Position numbers and translations under genes: made by a program. The notes under the pieces were generated by a model. It did not search any database. It saw nothing but the letters and a program-made list of their open reading frames with translations, and was not told the DNA's origin. Below are positions 50,419 to 60,312 of a DNA stretch of 64,000 nucleotides, piece after piece (position 1 is the stretch's first letter; each line of letters starts with the position of its first letter). The stretch spans positions 119,985-183,984 of the forward strand of contig JBPOID010000005.1 of assembly GCA_052034805.1 (NCBI GenBank). The letters are read 5' to 3'. The DNA is from Candidatus Tayloriibacteriota bacterium. GTDB lineage: Bacteria; Patescibacteriota; Minisyncoccia; Phycocordibacterales; PALSA-1337.

Positions 50419-50508
50419 GCGGAGGGAGTGGGATTCGAACCCACGGTTCCGTTTAAAGGGAACGACAGTTTAGTAAACTGTTGATTTAAACCACTCATCC
50501 ATCCCTCC
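50417..50508 (-). tRNA. tRNA-Ser-type with ACT anticodon
   Basis: GGAGGGA acceptor, ACAGT-TTACTAA-ACTGT, long variable arm, G discriminator, encoded CCA. Confidence 0.88.
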
Positions 50509-50610
50509 TTGGGATTTATAAAATATAGCATTTATATAGATTTTTACCAATTATTTGGAAAAAATATAAAATGATAAAGACAACAGAATAATTTTATGCT
50601 TTTTATAGCT

Positions 50611-51939
50611 TTATGGATTTTGGACTATTCCCATGAATAGAATTTCATTTGTCTGATTATCTCGAATTGCAAAAAAGAATGGGTGATTTACTTCCATATA
50701 GAATTTATCTTGTGACGGAGCAACTGATGTCGTCATTACACCAACACTTGTGACTGCTGCGGCTTCGGTACCCTCTTCGTTCACATCAACATAACTTTTA
50801 TGTTTTACTTCGCTTATTTTCAATTCTTTACCTATACCCAATAAATCAGCATTGTCACTAAAAGCTATACCCATTCCAAGATTACTGAGAATATCTTTCA
50901 ATTGTTTTTCATAATCCATCTTAAATCTTGGAAGTAGAATCATACCATCCTTATCTTTATACCCACTCATCCACCCATCCCATTTTTCTGAAGTCAAAGT
51001 AGAAACAAAAGTATCGACATTTTTGGGCAAGAAAACATACATACTTATTCTCTTATTGTCACCATATGTAAGATTTACACTCTGAAAATCAGCTGTTTCA
51101 AGGTATGGAAGCATTCCACTCTTCTTCATTAGTGGAGTCGATTTTGAAGATCCATCTGCAACTGTAAATGGTCTATTTTGTGTAAGTTTTTTATCAAACT
51201 CCTTAGTCCAACTTCCTTTAAAGTAGACTGCATTGATAATATACATAACCATGTCTGAAGGAATTGAATTTACGATTGTCGGTATCTTTCCATTAGTATT
51301 TTTACTTACCCATGAGTTTATAGTCTTAATTGAATTTATATTGTTAAAATCAAGAGTTGAACTTTCTGCATTGTAATAGTTCTTTAATGTATCAATAAAA
51401 TTCTGATTTAAATTTACTCCCTTTCGTGCCCATACTGAATTAGCGATAGATAATTGTGTCTTTTTATCAATATTTTTTAGAATATTTATTAAACCCAAAC
51501 TTTCTTGATTGAGGTTATTAATATCAATACCTTGAGTATGTAAAGTATTTTGTATTACATTTTTTGTCTCCCCATTTGCTCCGTTGTATACCATTGAAAT
51601 AGCAAGGGCAATACTAGATGGAGAAATAAAAATGTTTTTATTAACTTCGTCTTTTTTTATTGATTTAATTAGATCAAAACCAAAGGCATTATGAGCTTTA
51701 GGAATATTCTTGGGTGTTTGAGAAATTCCTGGCTTTGAAATAGAATCTTGTATTGGCTTTTTAGAATCGTCATTTGTAACGGGTAAATTTTGAGTTTCTG
51801 AGATCTGTTCTGAATTATCTATAGGAACAGGTGGCTCTATTTTTTTATTTTTATAAAAATACACACCACTACCAATCGCTAATAAAGCAATAATTCCAAG
51901 GATAACGGGTACGATAAAACCTTTGTTTTGATTTTTCAT
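50611..51939 (-). CDS. Serpin with prepilin-like N-terminus
   Basis: NIFISPSSI, NAVYFKGSW, LPRF, VNEEGTEAAAVT, NHPFFFAI, LFMG.V.NP. Confidence 0.95.
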   Translation of the reverse strand: MKNQNKGFIVPVILGIIALLAIGSGVYFYKNKKIEPPVPIDNSEQISETQNLPVTNDDSKKPIQDSISKPGISQTPKNIPKAHNAFGFDLIKSIKKDEVNKNIFISPSSIALAISMVYNGANGETKNVIQNTLHTQGIDINNLNQESLGLINILKNIDKKTQLSIANSVWARKGVNLNQNFIDTLKNYYNAESSTLDFNNINSIKTINSWVSKNTNGKIPTIVNSIPSDMVMYIINAVYFKGSWTKEFDKKLTQNRPFTVADGSSKSTPLMKKSGMLPYLETADFQSVNLTYGDNKRISMYVFLPKNVDTFVSTLTSEKWDGWMSGYKDKDGMILLPRFKMDYEKQLKDILSNLGMGIAFSDNADLLGIGKELKISEVKHKSYVDVNEEGTEAAAVTSVGVMTTSVAPSQDKFYMEVNHPFFFAIRDNQTNEILFMGIVQNP

Positions 51940-51986
51940 ATTGATAATACTATACCATAAGAAAATCCTTAGAGATAACCAATTCT

Positions 51987-52001
51987 GAGATGGAGGGATT
52001 C
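51987..52001 (-). repeat. Partial duplicate of tRNA-Ser(GCT) 3' end
   Basis: GAGATGGAGGGATTC vs GAGACGGAGGGATTC at 52051-52065. Confidence 0.65.
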
Positions 52002-52048
52002 ATCTTCAACTCTCACCTTCGCTGTCTATCGGGTTCGAACTGCTGTTG

Positions 52049-52135
52049 CGGAGACGGAGGGATTCGAACCCTCGAGGCCGTTTAAAGCCTGCCTCTTTAG
52101 CAAAGAGGTATGTTAAACCACTCCACCACGTCTCC
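52049..52135 (-). tRNA. tRNA-Ser(GCT)
   Basis: GGAGACG acceptor; CCTCT-TTGCTAA-AGAGG; long variable arm. Confidence 0.95.
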
Positions 52136-52167
52136 AATATTCTCATATTATATCGTATAATGACCGA

Positions 52168-54384
52168 ATGCAACCGAATTTATATATAAAAGACATAGCC
52201 AGATTAAACCAAATGCAGAAAAAAGCATTAGAGAAATTGGGTATAGAAAGTATCCATGATCTTCTTTATCATTTCCCTACTCGTTATGGTAATACATCAG
52301 AAACTAGAAATATTTCTTCATTGGCAAAGGGTGATAATGCTGTGGTTTTCGGAAAAATAAATAAATTAAAAACAAGTAAAGGTTTCAAAAGCAAAATACC
52401 GATGGCAGATGCATGGGTAGAAGATGAGAGCGGAAAGATTCATTGTGTTTGGTTCAATCAACCATATCTTGCAAAGATGACTAGAGAAGGAGCCATGGTA
52501 AGAATTGATGGGAAAATAAGTGAAAGAAAGAAAACTGGTGAATTATATTTTTCAAATCCAAAAATAGAAATGGTAGACAAATTACCAATAGGTGTTGGAG
52601 AATCACTTTTTGGTAAAGAAGGAGAAAGTCATACTCTATATCCGGTGTATCCAGAATCTCGCGGTATAACTTCGAATTGGTTATATCATAAAATAATGGA
52701 TATTTTTAAAAGTGGAATTCTGGATGAAATAATTGATCCAATTCCTAGAGAAATATTAGATAAATATAATTTACCGACATTAAAGACTGCTCTTATATGG
52801 ATTCATACACCTATAAAAAACGAAGACGCTATATCAGCAAGAAAAAGATTTGCTTTTGAAGAGATTTTCTTTATTCAATTAGAAAAACAAATAGCGAGAA
52901 AAGAATATGAAAAGAATGGAGCATTTATAATAAATAAAGAAGAAAAAGAAATAAATGAATTTATAAAAAGATTCCCATTTGAAGCTACAGAAGCTCAGAG
53001 AAAATCTATAAATACAATATTAGAAGATTTCAAAAAGGGTCATGCTATGTCTAGATTGCTCGAAGGAGATGTAGGATCTGGGAAAACTGCAGTAGCTGCT
53101 ACTACAGCTTATTCTATCGTTACGACTAGACCCAAGGATAGGAAATTCGGTAGTTTGCAAGTCGCCTATATGTGCCCCACCGAAATATTAGCAATGCAAC
53201 ATTTTGAATCATTTATAAAATACTTTGAATATTTAGGAATACAAATCGGCCTCATAACAGGAAGTGGTTGTAGAAAATTCCCTTCGAAAATAAATCCAAA
53301 AGGTTGGACAGATATATCTCGCGCTCAACTTTTAAAATGGGTAGAAAACGGAGAAATATCAATAGTTATAGGTACTCATGCTCTTATACAGAAATCTGTG
53401 AAATTCCGTGATCTTGCTTATGTCATTATAGATGAGCAACATAGATTCGGACTAAAACAAAGAGCAGATCTAGTACAAAAAGAATTATTAAAATTATCAA
53501 AAAAATCCATAAATGATAATTCTATAAAAATATATAATCAAACCCCGCATTTATTATCAATGACAGCAACTCCAATACCCCGAACATTGGCTCTTACTAT
53601 ATACGGTGATCTAGATCTTACATTATTAGATCAAATGCCTCATGGTAGAAAACCAATAATCACAGAAATAGTATTACCAAATAAAAGAGATGAGGTATAT
53701 GAAAAAATAAAAATAGAATTAATATCAGGTAGACAAATATATGTAATTTGCCCAAGAATAGACGAAGCAGATCCAACAAAAGAAATGGCATTAAATGCAA
53801 AATCAGTAAAAGAAGAAGCAAAAAGATTAAAGAAGGATGTATTCAAAGAATATGAAATAGGCATACTTCATAGCAAAATGAAACCAAAAGAAAAAGATAA
53901 AGTAATGCTTGATTTCAAATCAGGAAGAACACATATACTATGTGCAACTTCTGTAGTCGAAGTCGGAGTAAATGTAGAGAATGCCACAACTATAGTTATA
54001 GAAGGCGGGGAAAGATTCGGACTTGCTCAATTACATCAATTAAGAGGTCGTGTTATAAGATCAAATCATCAGGCTTATTGTTATGTATTCGCAGATACAA
54101 AATCAGAAAAAACTTATGATAGATTGCAAGCATTAAAAACAGCAAAAAATGGTTTTGAACTTGCAGAATATGATCTAAAATTCCGAGGCGCAGGAGAATT
54201 ATCAGGAGGAAAACAATGGGGAGTGTCGGATATAGCCATGGAAGCATTAAAAAATATAAAAATGGTAGAACTCGCAAGAGAAGAAGCTAAAGGATTAATA
54301 GAAAAAGATATCTCATTATCGAGATATCCTAATCTTAGAGAAAATTTGAAATTAAGAGAGTCTGACAGAAAGCATTTTGAATAG
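52168..54384 (+). CDS. recG: ATP-dependent DNA helicase RecG
   Basis: GDVGSGKT, DEQHRFG, MTATPIPRTL, QLHQLRGRV, GFELAEYDL..RG.G. Confidence 0.97.
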   Translation: MQPNLYIKDIARLNQMQKKALEKLGIESIHDLLYHFPTRYGNTSETRNISSLAKGDNAVVFGKINKLKTSKGFKSKIPMADAWVEDESGKIHCVWFNQPYLAKMTREGAMVRIDGKISERKKTGELYFSNPKIEMVDKLPIGVGESLFGKEGESHTLYPVYPESRGITSNWLYHKIMDIFKSGILDEIIDPIPREILDKYNLPTLKTALIWIHTPIKNEDAISARKRFAFEEIFFIQLEKQIARKEYEKNGAFIINKEEKEINEFIKRFPFEATEAQRKSINTILEDFKKGHAMSRLLEGDVGSGKTAVAATTAYSIVTTRPKDRKFGSLQVAYMCPTEILAMQHFESFIKYFEYLGIQIGLITGSGCRKFPSKINPKGWTDISRAQLLKWVENGEISIVIGTHALIQKSVKFRDLAYVIIDEQHRFGLKQRADLVQKELLKLSKKSINDNSIKIYNQTPHLLSMTATPIPRTLALTIYGDLDLTLLDQMPHGRKPIITEIVLPNKRDEVYEKIKIELISGRQIYVICPRIDEADPTKEMALNAKSVKEEAKRLKKDVFKEYEIGILHSKMKPKEKDKVMLDFKSGRTHILCATSVVEVGVNVENATTIVIEGGERFGLAQLHQLRGRVIRSNHQAYCYVFADTKSEKTYDRLQALKTAKNGFELAEYDLKFRGAGELSGGKQWGVSDIAMEALKNIKMVELAREEAKGLIEKDISLSRYPNLRENLKLRESDRKHFE

Positions 54385-54386
54385 GG

Positions 54387-55052
54387 TTAAGGGGTATCAC
54401 CCATACATAAATAATCATTCCAATAATCCCATTGAGCTGCAGCTCCTGAATATCTATTTTTACAAGAGACTGGGCTATTACCGAGTTCAAAATAATTATT
54501 ATAGAAACCACCATCATTTACAGCAGTATTATTATTTGTAGATTCTAATCTAACACTTAAACCATAAGTCTTTACACCTGTTGGGTTATAAGGTGAGCTA
54601 TTACTAAGAGGGACTTTATAAATATAATTATAATAAACACCATTTATCAACTGAGTTCTGGGTAGAGATTTAATATAAGGAGAAAGGGCTGTCTCGAATC
54701 TACACCATCTGCCACCTACAGAATCCGCACGACCTTCGCCAGAAGCTCCAACAGCACCGAAACCACAACCATTGACACCAGCATATTCTAAAGCACTATC
54801 TGGTGAACGCATAAACGTATTCTCATTACTTGAATATCCTGGATAATCTCCACCGTGATCATCTGCATATAATTCAATTGCATTCTGTATTTGCCTTAAC
54901 GCCGCTATTCTCTGGGCATCTCTTGCTTTTATTCTTGTTGTATTTAGAGTAGCCAAAACAACTGAAGATAGTAAACCTATTATAGAAATAACTACCAAAA
55001 GCTCTATAAGGGTAAATCCTTTATTTCTTGAAAAATAAAAATTCCTTTTCAT
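54387..55052 (-). CDS. Orphan type IV pilin (GspG-like)
   Basis: KG|FTLIELLVVISII; KARDAQR....IQNAIELY. Confidence 0.9.
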   Translation of the reverse strand: MKRNFYFSRNKGFTLIELLVVISIIGLLSSVVLATLNTTRIKARDAQRIAALRQIQNAIELYADDHGGDYPGYSSNENTFMRSPDSALEYAGVNGCGFGAVGASGEGRADSVGGRWCRFETALSPYIKSLPRTQLINGVYYNYIYKVPLSNSSPYNPTGVKTYGLSVRLESTNNNTAVNDGGFYNNYFELGNSPVSCKNRYSGAAAQWDYWNDYLCMGDTP

Positions 55053-55109
55053 TGGCTTGATTATACTATATATATAATTCCTTGAGAAGTAATTCTGTTT
55101 ATATCTTTG

Positions 55110-55183
55110 TGCGCCCTCTAGGATTCGAACCTAGGACCCCAGAGGTATAAGCTCTGTGCTCTAACCAACTGAGCTAAGGGCGC
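55110..55183 (-). tRNA. tRNA-Ile(TAT)
   Basis: GCGCCCT acceptor; CAGAG-CTTATAC-CTCTG; A discriminator. Confidence 0.9.
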
Positions 55184-55217
55184 ATTTTGTGCATTGGTTA
55201 ATTGCACATAATTTATA

Positions 55218-57143
55218 TCATATTTGATGCTCTATATCCAATTTTTTCTTTGGTTGTATACCATGAGCAATTATTATACTCTCATATTCATCTCTTTCAA
55301 TAGTCTCAACATCTATTAGTCTTTTTGCTATTGCATCTAGAGCTTGGCGGTATTTCACAACTATATTTTCTGCTTTTTTATACGCTTCAGACATAATACG
55401 CGCAACTTCTTCATCTATATCGGAACTTATTTTTTCGGAATATTCTTTATCTTCTATTCCCTTTCCGAACATTGCTCTACCACCAGAATTTTCTAAAGCA
55501 AGTACACCTATTTTCTCTGACATACCGTATTTGGTTACCATATCTCTAGCCAATGCAGTTGAGACTTGCAAATCATTTGATGGTCCTGTAGTAACATCAT
55601 CGAACATCATTTTCTCTACTACATATCCACCCAGAGAAACAGCTATATCATCTAGAAATTCTTTTTTACTTTGCAATTTCCTATCTTCTAATGGCAAATG
55701 TAGAGTATAACCAGCGGCACGACCACGAGAGATGATTGATATTTTATGAACAGGATCAGCGAAAGGAAGAACAGATGCTACTAGAGCATGACCAGCTTCA
55801 TGATATGCTGTTATTTCTTTTTCTTTCTTTGAAAGAAGATGACTCTTTCTCTCTGGACCAAGCATTACTTTTTCTATAGCTCTTATAAGATCATATTGAG
55901 AAACTTTTGTTCTGTCTTCACGCGCAGCGAAAATCGCACCTTCATTCATAAGAGAATATAGATCAGCTCCAGAGAAACCAGGAGTTCTTTCTGCTATAAC
56001 ACGCAATACAACATCTTCTGCAAATGGCTTTTTCTCAGAATGAATTTTTAATATTTCTTCTCTATCATTTCTATCTGGCAAATCTATAGTAACTCTTCTG
56101 TCGAATCTTCCAGGACGTAATAGAGCTGGATCCAATACATCAGGTCTATTCGTAGCAGCCATGACTATAACTTTTTCATTTGGTTCAAATCCATCCATTT
56201 CTACAAGTATTTGATTCAAAGTCTGTTCCCTTTCATCATTTCCTCCACCAACTCCGGCACCTCTTATACGTCCTACTGCATCTATTTCATCAACGAAAAT
56301 AATAGACGGTGCAGCTTCTTTTGCCATTTTAAATAAATCTCTAACACGACTAGCACCGACACCTACGAACATTTCTACGAATTCTGATCCAGATATAGAA
56401 AAGAAAGCCACATTCGCTTCTCCGGCAACCGCACGAGCAAGCAAGGTCTTTCCAGTTCCAGGTGCACCCATAAGAAGTATTCCCTTTGGTATCACCGCAC
56501 CTATTTCTAGGAATTTTTTTGGATTTTTTAGAAAATCTACTATTTCTGAAAGTTCTTGTTTAGCTTCTTTTGCACCCGCCACATTCTTAAACGTTACTCT
56601 TTGCTTTTTATCATCTGGCATTGTTATACGCGCCTTGGATTGGCCAAAAGAAAAAGCTTGCAATCCGGTACCTCTAACTTGTCTAGATAAAAACCATATA
56701 ATAAAGAATAGAAAAATAATAGGCAAAAGAAATGGAATAATCTGTCCCATCCAAAACCAGAATCCACTAGGACCTTCTATAGAAGTTTTCACTGCATTTA
56801 ATTTCTCAGGAGTAAGACCGTATCTAGTGAAAGTTTCTGTAATAGAAGAATCTGATTCTTTCTTTGAATTCTTTATAGTTTTATCTTGATAAGTAGCTAC
56901 TATATCATCACCCTTTACTACTAGAGTAGAAACCTTTCCCATACCGACATCATGAACAAGTTCTGATATTGGTATTATGACATTATTTGAATTCTGTTCA
57001 GATGCAACAGAATACACACTAGATACAATAAATAAGAAAAACAGTATCAAGAAAATAGAATTGATAAATCTAATGCGACTGGTTTTCTTTTGATTCTTTC
57101 CCTTTTTTCCATCATTATGAATAGGATTGTCTTGTTTTCTCAT
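55218..57143 (-). CDS. ftsH: ATP-dependent metalloprotease FtsH
   Basis: 2 [23 protein letters not shown]. Confidence 0.97.
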   Translation of the reverse strand: MRKQDNPIHNDGKKGKNQKKTSRIRFINSIFLILFFLFIVSSVYSVASEQNSNNVIIPISELVHDVGMGKVSTLVVKGDDIVATYQDKTIKNSKKESDSSITETFTRYGLTPEKLNAVKTSIEGPSGFWFWMGQIIPFLLPIIFLFFIIWFLSRQVRGTGLQAFSFGQSKARITMPDDKKQRVTFKNVAGAKEAKQELSEIVDFLKNPKKFLEIGAVIPKGILLMGAPGTGKTLLARAVAGEANVAFFSISGSEFVEMFVGVGASRVRDLFKMAKEAAPSIIFVDEIDAVGRIRGAGVGGGNDEREQTLNQILVEMDGFEPNEKVIVMAATNRPDVLDPALLRPGRFDRRVTIDLPDRNDREEILKIHSEKKPFAEDVVLRVIAERTPGFSGADLYSLMNEGAIFAAREDRTKVSQYDLIRAIEKVMLGPERKSHLLSKKEKEITAYHEAGHALVASVLPFADPVHKISIISRGRAAGYTLHLPLEDRKLQSKKEFLDDIAVSLGGYVVEKMMFDDVTTGPSNDLQVSTALARDMVTKYGMSEKIGVLALENSGGRAMFGKGIEDKEYSEKISSDIDEEVARIMSEAYKKAENIVVKYRQALDAIAKRLIDVETIERDEYESIIIAHGIQPKKKLDIEHQI

Positions 57144-57241
57144 ATACTCTGATTATACATAAAAGTAGAAGAAAATAAAGAAAATCTGCTATACTTTATC
57201 TATAATTAGATATATAAATAGATAAATAAATAATTTAATAA

Positions 57242-57688
57242 ATGGCAATCTTAATAGAAAATAAAAAAATAAATCTTGATTATGAAATACTAGAAACCTT
57301 TGAGGCGGGTATTGAATTATTAGGATTAGAAGTCAAAAGTCTACGCGCACATCATGGTTCCCTATTGGGCTCACATATATCAGTACGTGGCGGTGAATCA
57401 TTCCTTATTGCCACAGAAATACCTCCATATCAAGAAAAAAATACTCCAAAAGAATACGATAGCAAACGCAATCGTAGATTATTATTGGCAAAAGCAGAAA
57501 TAGAAAAATTATCTTCATTAGAATCAAAGAAAGGTTTGACAATAGTGCCTATTTCAATGTATAATAAAGGCGATAAGATAAAAGTAGAAATAGCAGTAGT
57601 ACGCGGTAAAAAGAAATACGACAAACGCGAAACGATAAAGAAGCGCGATACAGACCGTGAGCTACGTAGAGAGTTTCGAGATCGTTGA
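57242..57688 (+). CDS. smpB: SsrA-binding protein
   Basis: EAGIEL.G.EVKSLR, RRLLL, GKKKYDKRE. Confidence 0.97.
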   Translation: MAILIENKKINLDYEILETFEAGIELLGLEVKSLRAHHGSLLGSHISVRGGESFLIATEIPPYQEKNTPKEYDSKRNRRLLLAKAEIEKLSSLESKKGLTIVPISMYNKGDKIKVEIAVVRGKKKYDKRETIKKRDTDRELRREFRDR

Positions 57689-57695
57689 CAATAGA

Positions 57696-57796
57696 AGAAA
57701 ATTGGAATTGACATCTTGCGTGCGCAGTAAACTTTCTTTTTATCGACAAGCGACTAAAAAGAAAGTTCTGCGCACCGTGCCAAGTCTCAATTTTCT
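57696..57796 (-). repeat. Structured hairpin element, copy A'
   Basis: Minus strand: AGAAAATTG..TTGGCA-CG-GTGCGCAG...CTGCGCAC-GCAAGA-TGTCAA..CAATTTTCT. Confidence 0.75.
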
Positions 57797-57808
57797 AGAT
57801 TACGTATT

Positions 57809-57908
57809 AGAAAATCGTGTGAGCCGACGGGGAGGAAGTCTTTTTCTTTACGAGTGTACGGAGTAAAGAAAAAAGCTTCCGACCGCAAGATCGGCGAACC
57901 GATTTTCT
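57809..57908 (+). repeat. Structured hairpin element, copy B'
   Basis: AGAAAATCG-TGTGA-GCCGA-CG-GG...CC-GCAAGA-TCGGC-GAAC-CGATTTTCT. Confidence 0.8.
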
Positions 57909-57945
57909 TAGTAGCCAAGTCCAATTTTCTTAAGACATTAATTAT

Positions 57946-58366
57946 GGGGATGAAAGGCCTCGACAGTTGAGGTTCCATATAATATGCGATACAGAGCACC
58001 GTTAACTCTCAAATCTGACGGAAACGCTAATTGCAAATACAACATTAGCTAAGGTAAAGTCCGCTGTGTCTCCATTTTTTGGAACACAAGATTTTGCTTT
58101 CGCTTACTCTGCTTAAAAACAGACTAAACGACACCGATCGCTTCGCATCAGAAGTGGCGTGAGGTGATATAACCTCTGATTAGGATTATAGACTCTTCCC
58201 TGTTTATAATCCGAAAAATTGGGAATAGCTTCTATATATTCTTGTATGTTTGAGAGTATAGAAGTGAAATGATTCGCCGGTAAGCGAATCTTAAAGCATA
58301 CTAAGTATTGTAGAAATATTATATGTCTTCATCTGCACCTGGGTTCGACTCCCAGCATCTCCACCA
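57946..58366 (+). ncRNA. ssrA: tmRNA
   Basis: 5' GGGGATGAAAGG..TCGAC, 3' GGGTTCGACTCCCAGCATCTCCACCA; next to smpB; tag frame 58033-58116. Confidence 0.95.
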
Positions 58367-58371
58367 ACAAT

Positions 58372-58402
58372 AAAAGCACCTCAAAAAGGTGTTTTTGTTT
58401 TT
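58372..58402 (+). terminator. ssrA terminator
   Basis: AAAAGCACCT-caaaa-AGGTGTTTTT followed by a T-run. Confidence 0.7.
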
Positions 58403-58465
58403 AGATAAAGAACACTACACCATAATCATGATATAATTTCATTACTTATTTAATAAAAAAATAAT

Positions 58466-59098
58466 ATGGATACTATTGAATTCAAAAATCAAAAAGCACC
58501 AAAAAGTAAAACGATTTTAAATATTGTAATTCTTTTAATATTATTATTTCTAATTTTCCTAAACGGAGATACTAGAAAAGGAATTGAATTAGCAATGTCT
58601 GATTATTCACAATTCCTCATATTAATGAAGACTATATTGATAGGAGGTCCATGTATTGCAATTATTTCATATTTATTTTTCTTTAAAAAAATACACAATA
58701 CTTTTAGCATAGATAATCAAGGTATAAATCTAAATAATAGAAAAGTATTATGGAATGATGTAAAGAATTGGCATATGTTGGGCGATTCTCAGGATGAACG
58801 TACCGGACTTGGATCAATAAAGAAAACAGGAGGATTCGATATTGTAAACCCTTATATTGGAATGAATATATTTGTTATAAAGACTAAATCTGGTTTTCTA
58901 AATAAAACAGTCAGACTACAATTATCACAGGACAGATGTGATGAATTTACCAAAATATTAAAAGATCATAATCTTGAAAGAGAAACTAAAATGAGAATGT
59001 ATCTTACAAATATAAGTCCTCTATTTATTTTATTATTTTTAATACCCTTTGGATTAATGGCATTGGTATTTATCTGGGGAGCGTTTATGAATAGATAA
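58466..59098 (+). CDS. Membrane protein (2 TM + PH-like + TM)
   Basis: FSIDNQGI...WNDV pattern; directly downstream of tmRNA. Confidence 0.7.
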   Translation: MDTIEFKNQKAPKSKTILNIVILLILLFLIFLNGDTRKGIELAMSDYSQFLILMKTILIGGPCIAIISYLFFFKKIHNTFSIDNQGINLNNRKVLWNDVKNWHMLGDSQDERTGLGSIKKTGGFDIVNPYIGMNIFVIKTKSGFLNKTVRLQLSQDRCDEFTKILKDHNLERETKMRMYLTNISPLFILLFLIPFGLMALVFIWGAFMNR

Positions 59099-59100
59099 GA

Positions 59101-59132
59101 AAACACCGCTGGGTAAAACCATGCGGTGTGTT
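59101..59132. terminator. Hairpin between convergent genes
   Basis: ACACCGC..GG/CC..GCGGTGT. Confidence 0.55.
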
Positions 59133-59152
59133 AGATAAAGGATGAACAAAAA

Positions 59153-59683
59153 TTATTCACCTTTCGGCACTCTCACCAAGAGAAAGCGTGCCCAGTCAGG
59201 CCAGTCTACCCAGACTAGATCCATGCACACGTCTAGTTTCCCTGGAGTAGCGTAGTTGAGAATCGGTGCTGCGTTACCACAGACTGCGTCATAGCTGTAA
59301 CGCTTATTCTCATCTTTTGGGTTTGGACCCAGAGCGATAACTTTAGCGTCGGTGAATTTTGTATGTAAATACCAACTCACCAACTGACGAAGACTGGCAG
59401 TTTGCCAACCTAGGTCGCGAGCACGCCGTTTGATGTTCGGACTGTCATCTTTACTACGAGGATAAACGATAACAGCTTCCAGTTCGTAACTATTGGTGGG
59501 AACTCCGTCTTCAGCGTCAAACTTTCGCATATCTGCCAACTTTAAGCCTCGATCAGTTCCAACTGAATCGAACAATGGCACAATGAATTCATCAATAGGA
59601 TTAGTCAGTACGGGAAAACGGAAGTTTCCACAGACGATCAAACCATGATCATTAAGTTCATTGATATCGATAGTGATTTTCAT
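59153..59683 (-). CDS. Orphan hypothetical protein, GC-richer
   Basis: 176 aa, purine-rich SD, ends W....RFLLVR. Confidence 0.7.
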   Translation of the reverse strand: MKITIDINELNDHGLIVCGNFRFPVLTNPIDEFIVPLFDSVGTDRGLKLADMRKFDAEDGVPTNSYELEAVIVYPRSKDDSPNIKRRARDLGWQTASLRQLVSWYLHTKFTDAKVIALGPNPKDENKRYSYDAVCGNAAPILNYATPGKLDVCMDLVWVDWPDWARFLLVRVPKGE

Positions 59684-59882
59684 TTCTCTCCCCTTTATTG
59701 TTAAGTTCAGTAACGAGACATAATCCGCATGGCTTTATACCAGCAAGTCGATTATTTCTCATATTCTGAACTCAACAATACAAGTTTCAATGTACTATTA
59801 CTTTTATATACAATCATAACTAACCTACATTGTCAATAGTGCATTAAACACACTCAATCTATAATCAAAACATCACACCCCC

Positions 59883-59990
59883 CTACTTCTTTCCTCCTTT
59901 ATCTCCCTTCTTTTCACCAGACTTTAGATGTGGACCATGGAAAAGAAACCAGAAAACTACAGCCAAAATAATTAATCCTAGATTATCCAT
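59883..59990 (-). CDS. 35-aa single-TM microprotein (not in ORF track)
   Basis: MDNLGLIILAVVFWFLFHGPHLKSGEKKGDKGGKK. Confidence 0.55.
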   Translation of the reverse strand: MDNLGLIILAVVFWFLFHGPHLKSGEKKGDKGGKK

Positions 59991-60142
59991 ATTTCTATAT
60001 TATATATTATTGTAATAAATAATAATATATAAAAAGATAATTCCAAACCATACAAATAATGCCGAATATATTAAATGTATAAACTCAGATACATATAACA
60101 TTATTTAATTTACAAAAGTAAAAATAGGAGTACAATTACGCC

Positions 60143-60298
60143 ATGAGCTCTTTGGTTTTGGGAGTAACCATTTGGCTAGGTTTCGGCATATTTTTTACGC
60201 TTTCTTTATGCAAAGCGTCTAGTATGTCTAAGCCGAAAGTATCGAGTAATAACAATAGAGAAAAGAAGGGGGAAAGAGATACGAGTCTCGCTATATGA
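60143..60298 (+). CDS. 51-aa single-TM microprotein (not in ORF track)
   Basis: MSSLVLGVTIWLGFGIFFTLSLCKASSMSKPKVSSNNNREKKGERDTSLAI; AGGAG upstream, terminator downstream. Confidence 0.6.
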   Translation: MSSLVLGVTIWLGFGIFFTLSLCKASSMSKPKVSSNNNREKKGERDTSLAI

Positions 60299-60312
60299 TT
60301 AAAAAGACTTAA

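Noticed and set aside
57430-57999. Several short ORFs between smpB and ssrA
   Set aside because: They overlap smpB, the hairpin elements and tmRNA; no protein-like features
59903-60272. Long-range complementarity (59903-59915 with 60260-60272) suggesting a large ncRNA
   Set aside because: Explained by two divergent ORFs both encoding EKKG; low complexity
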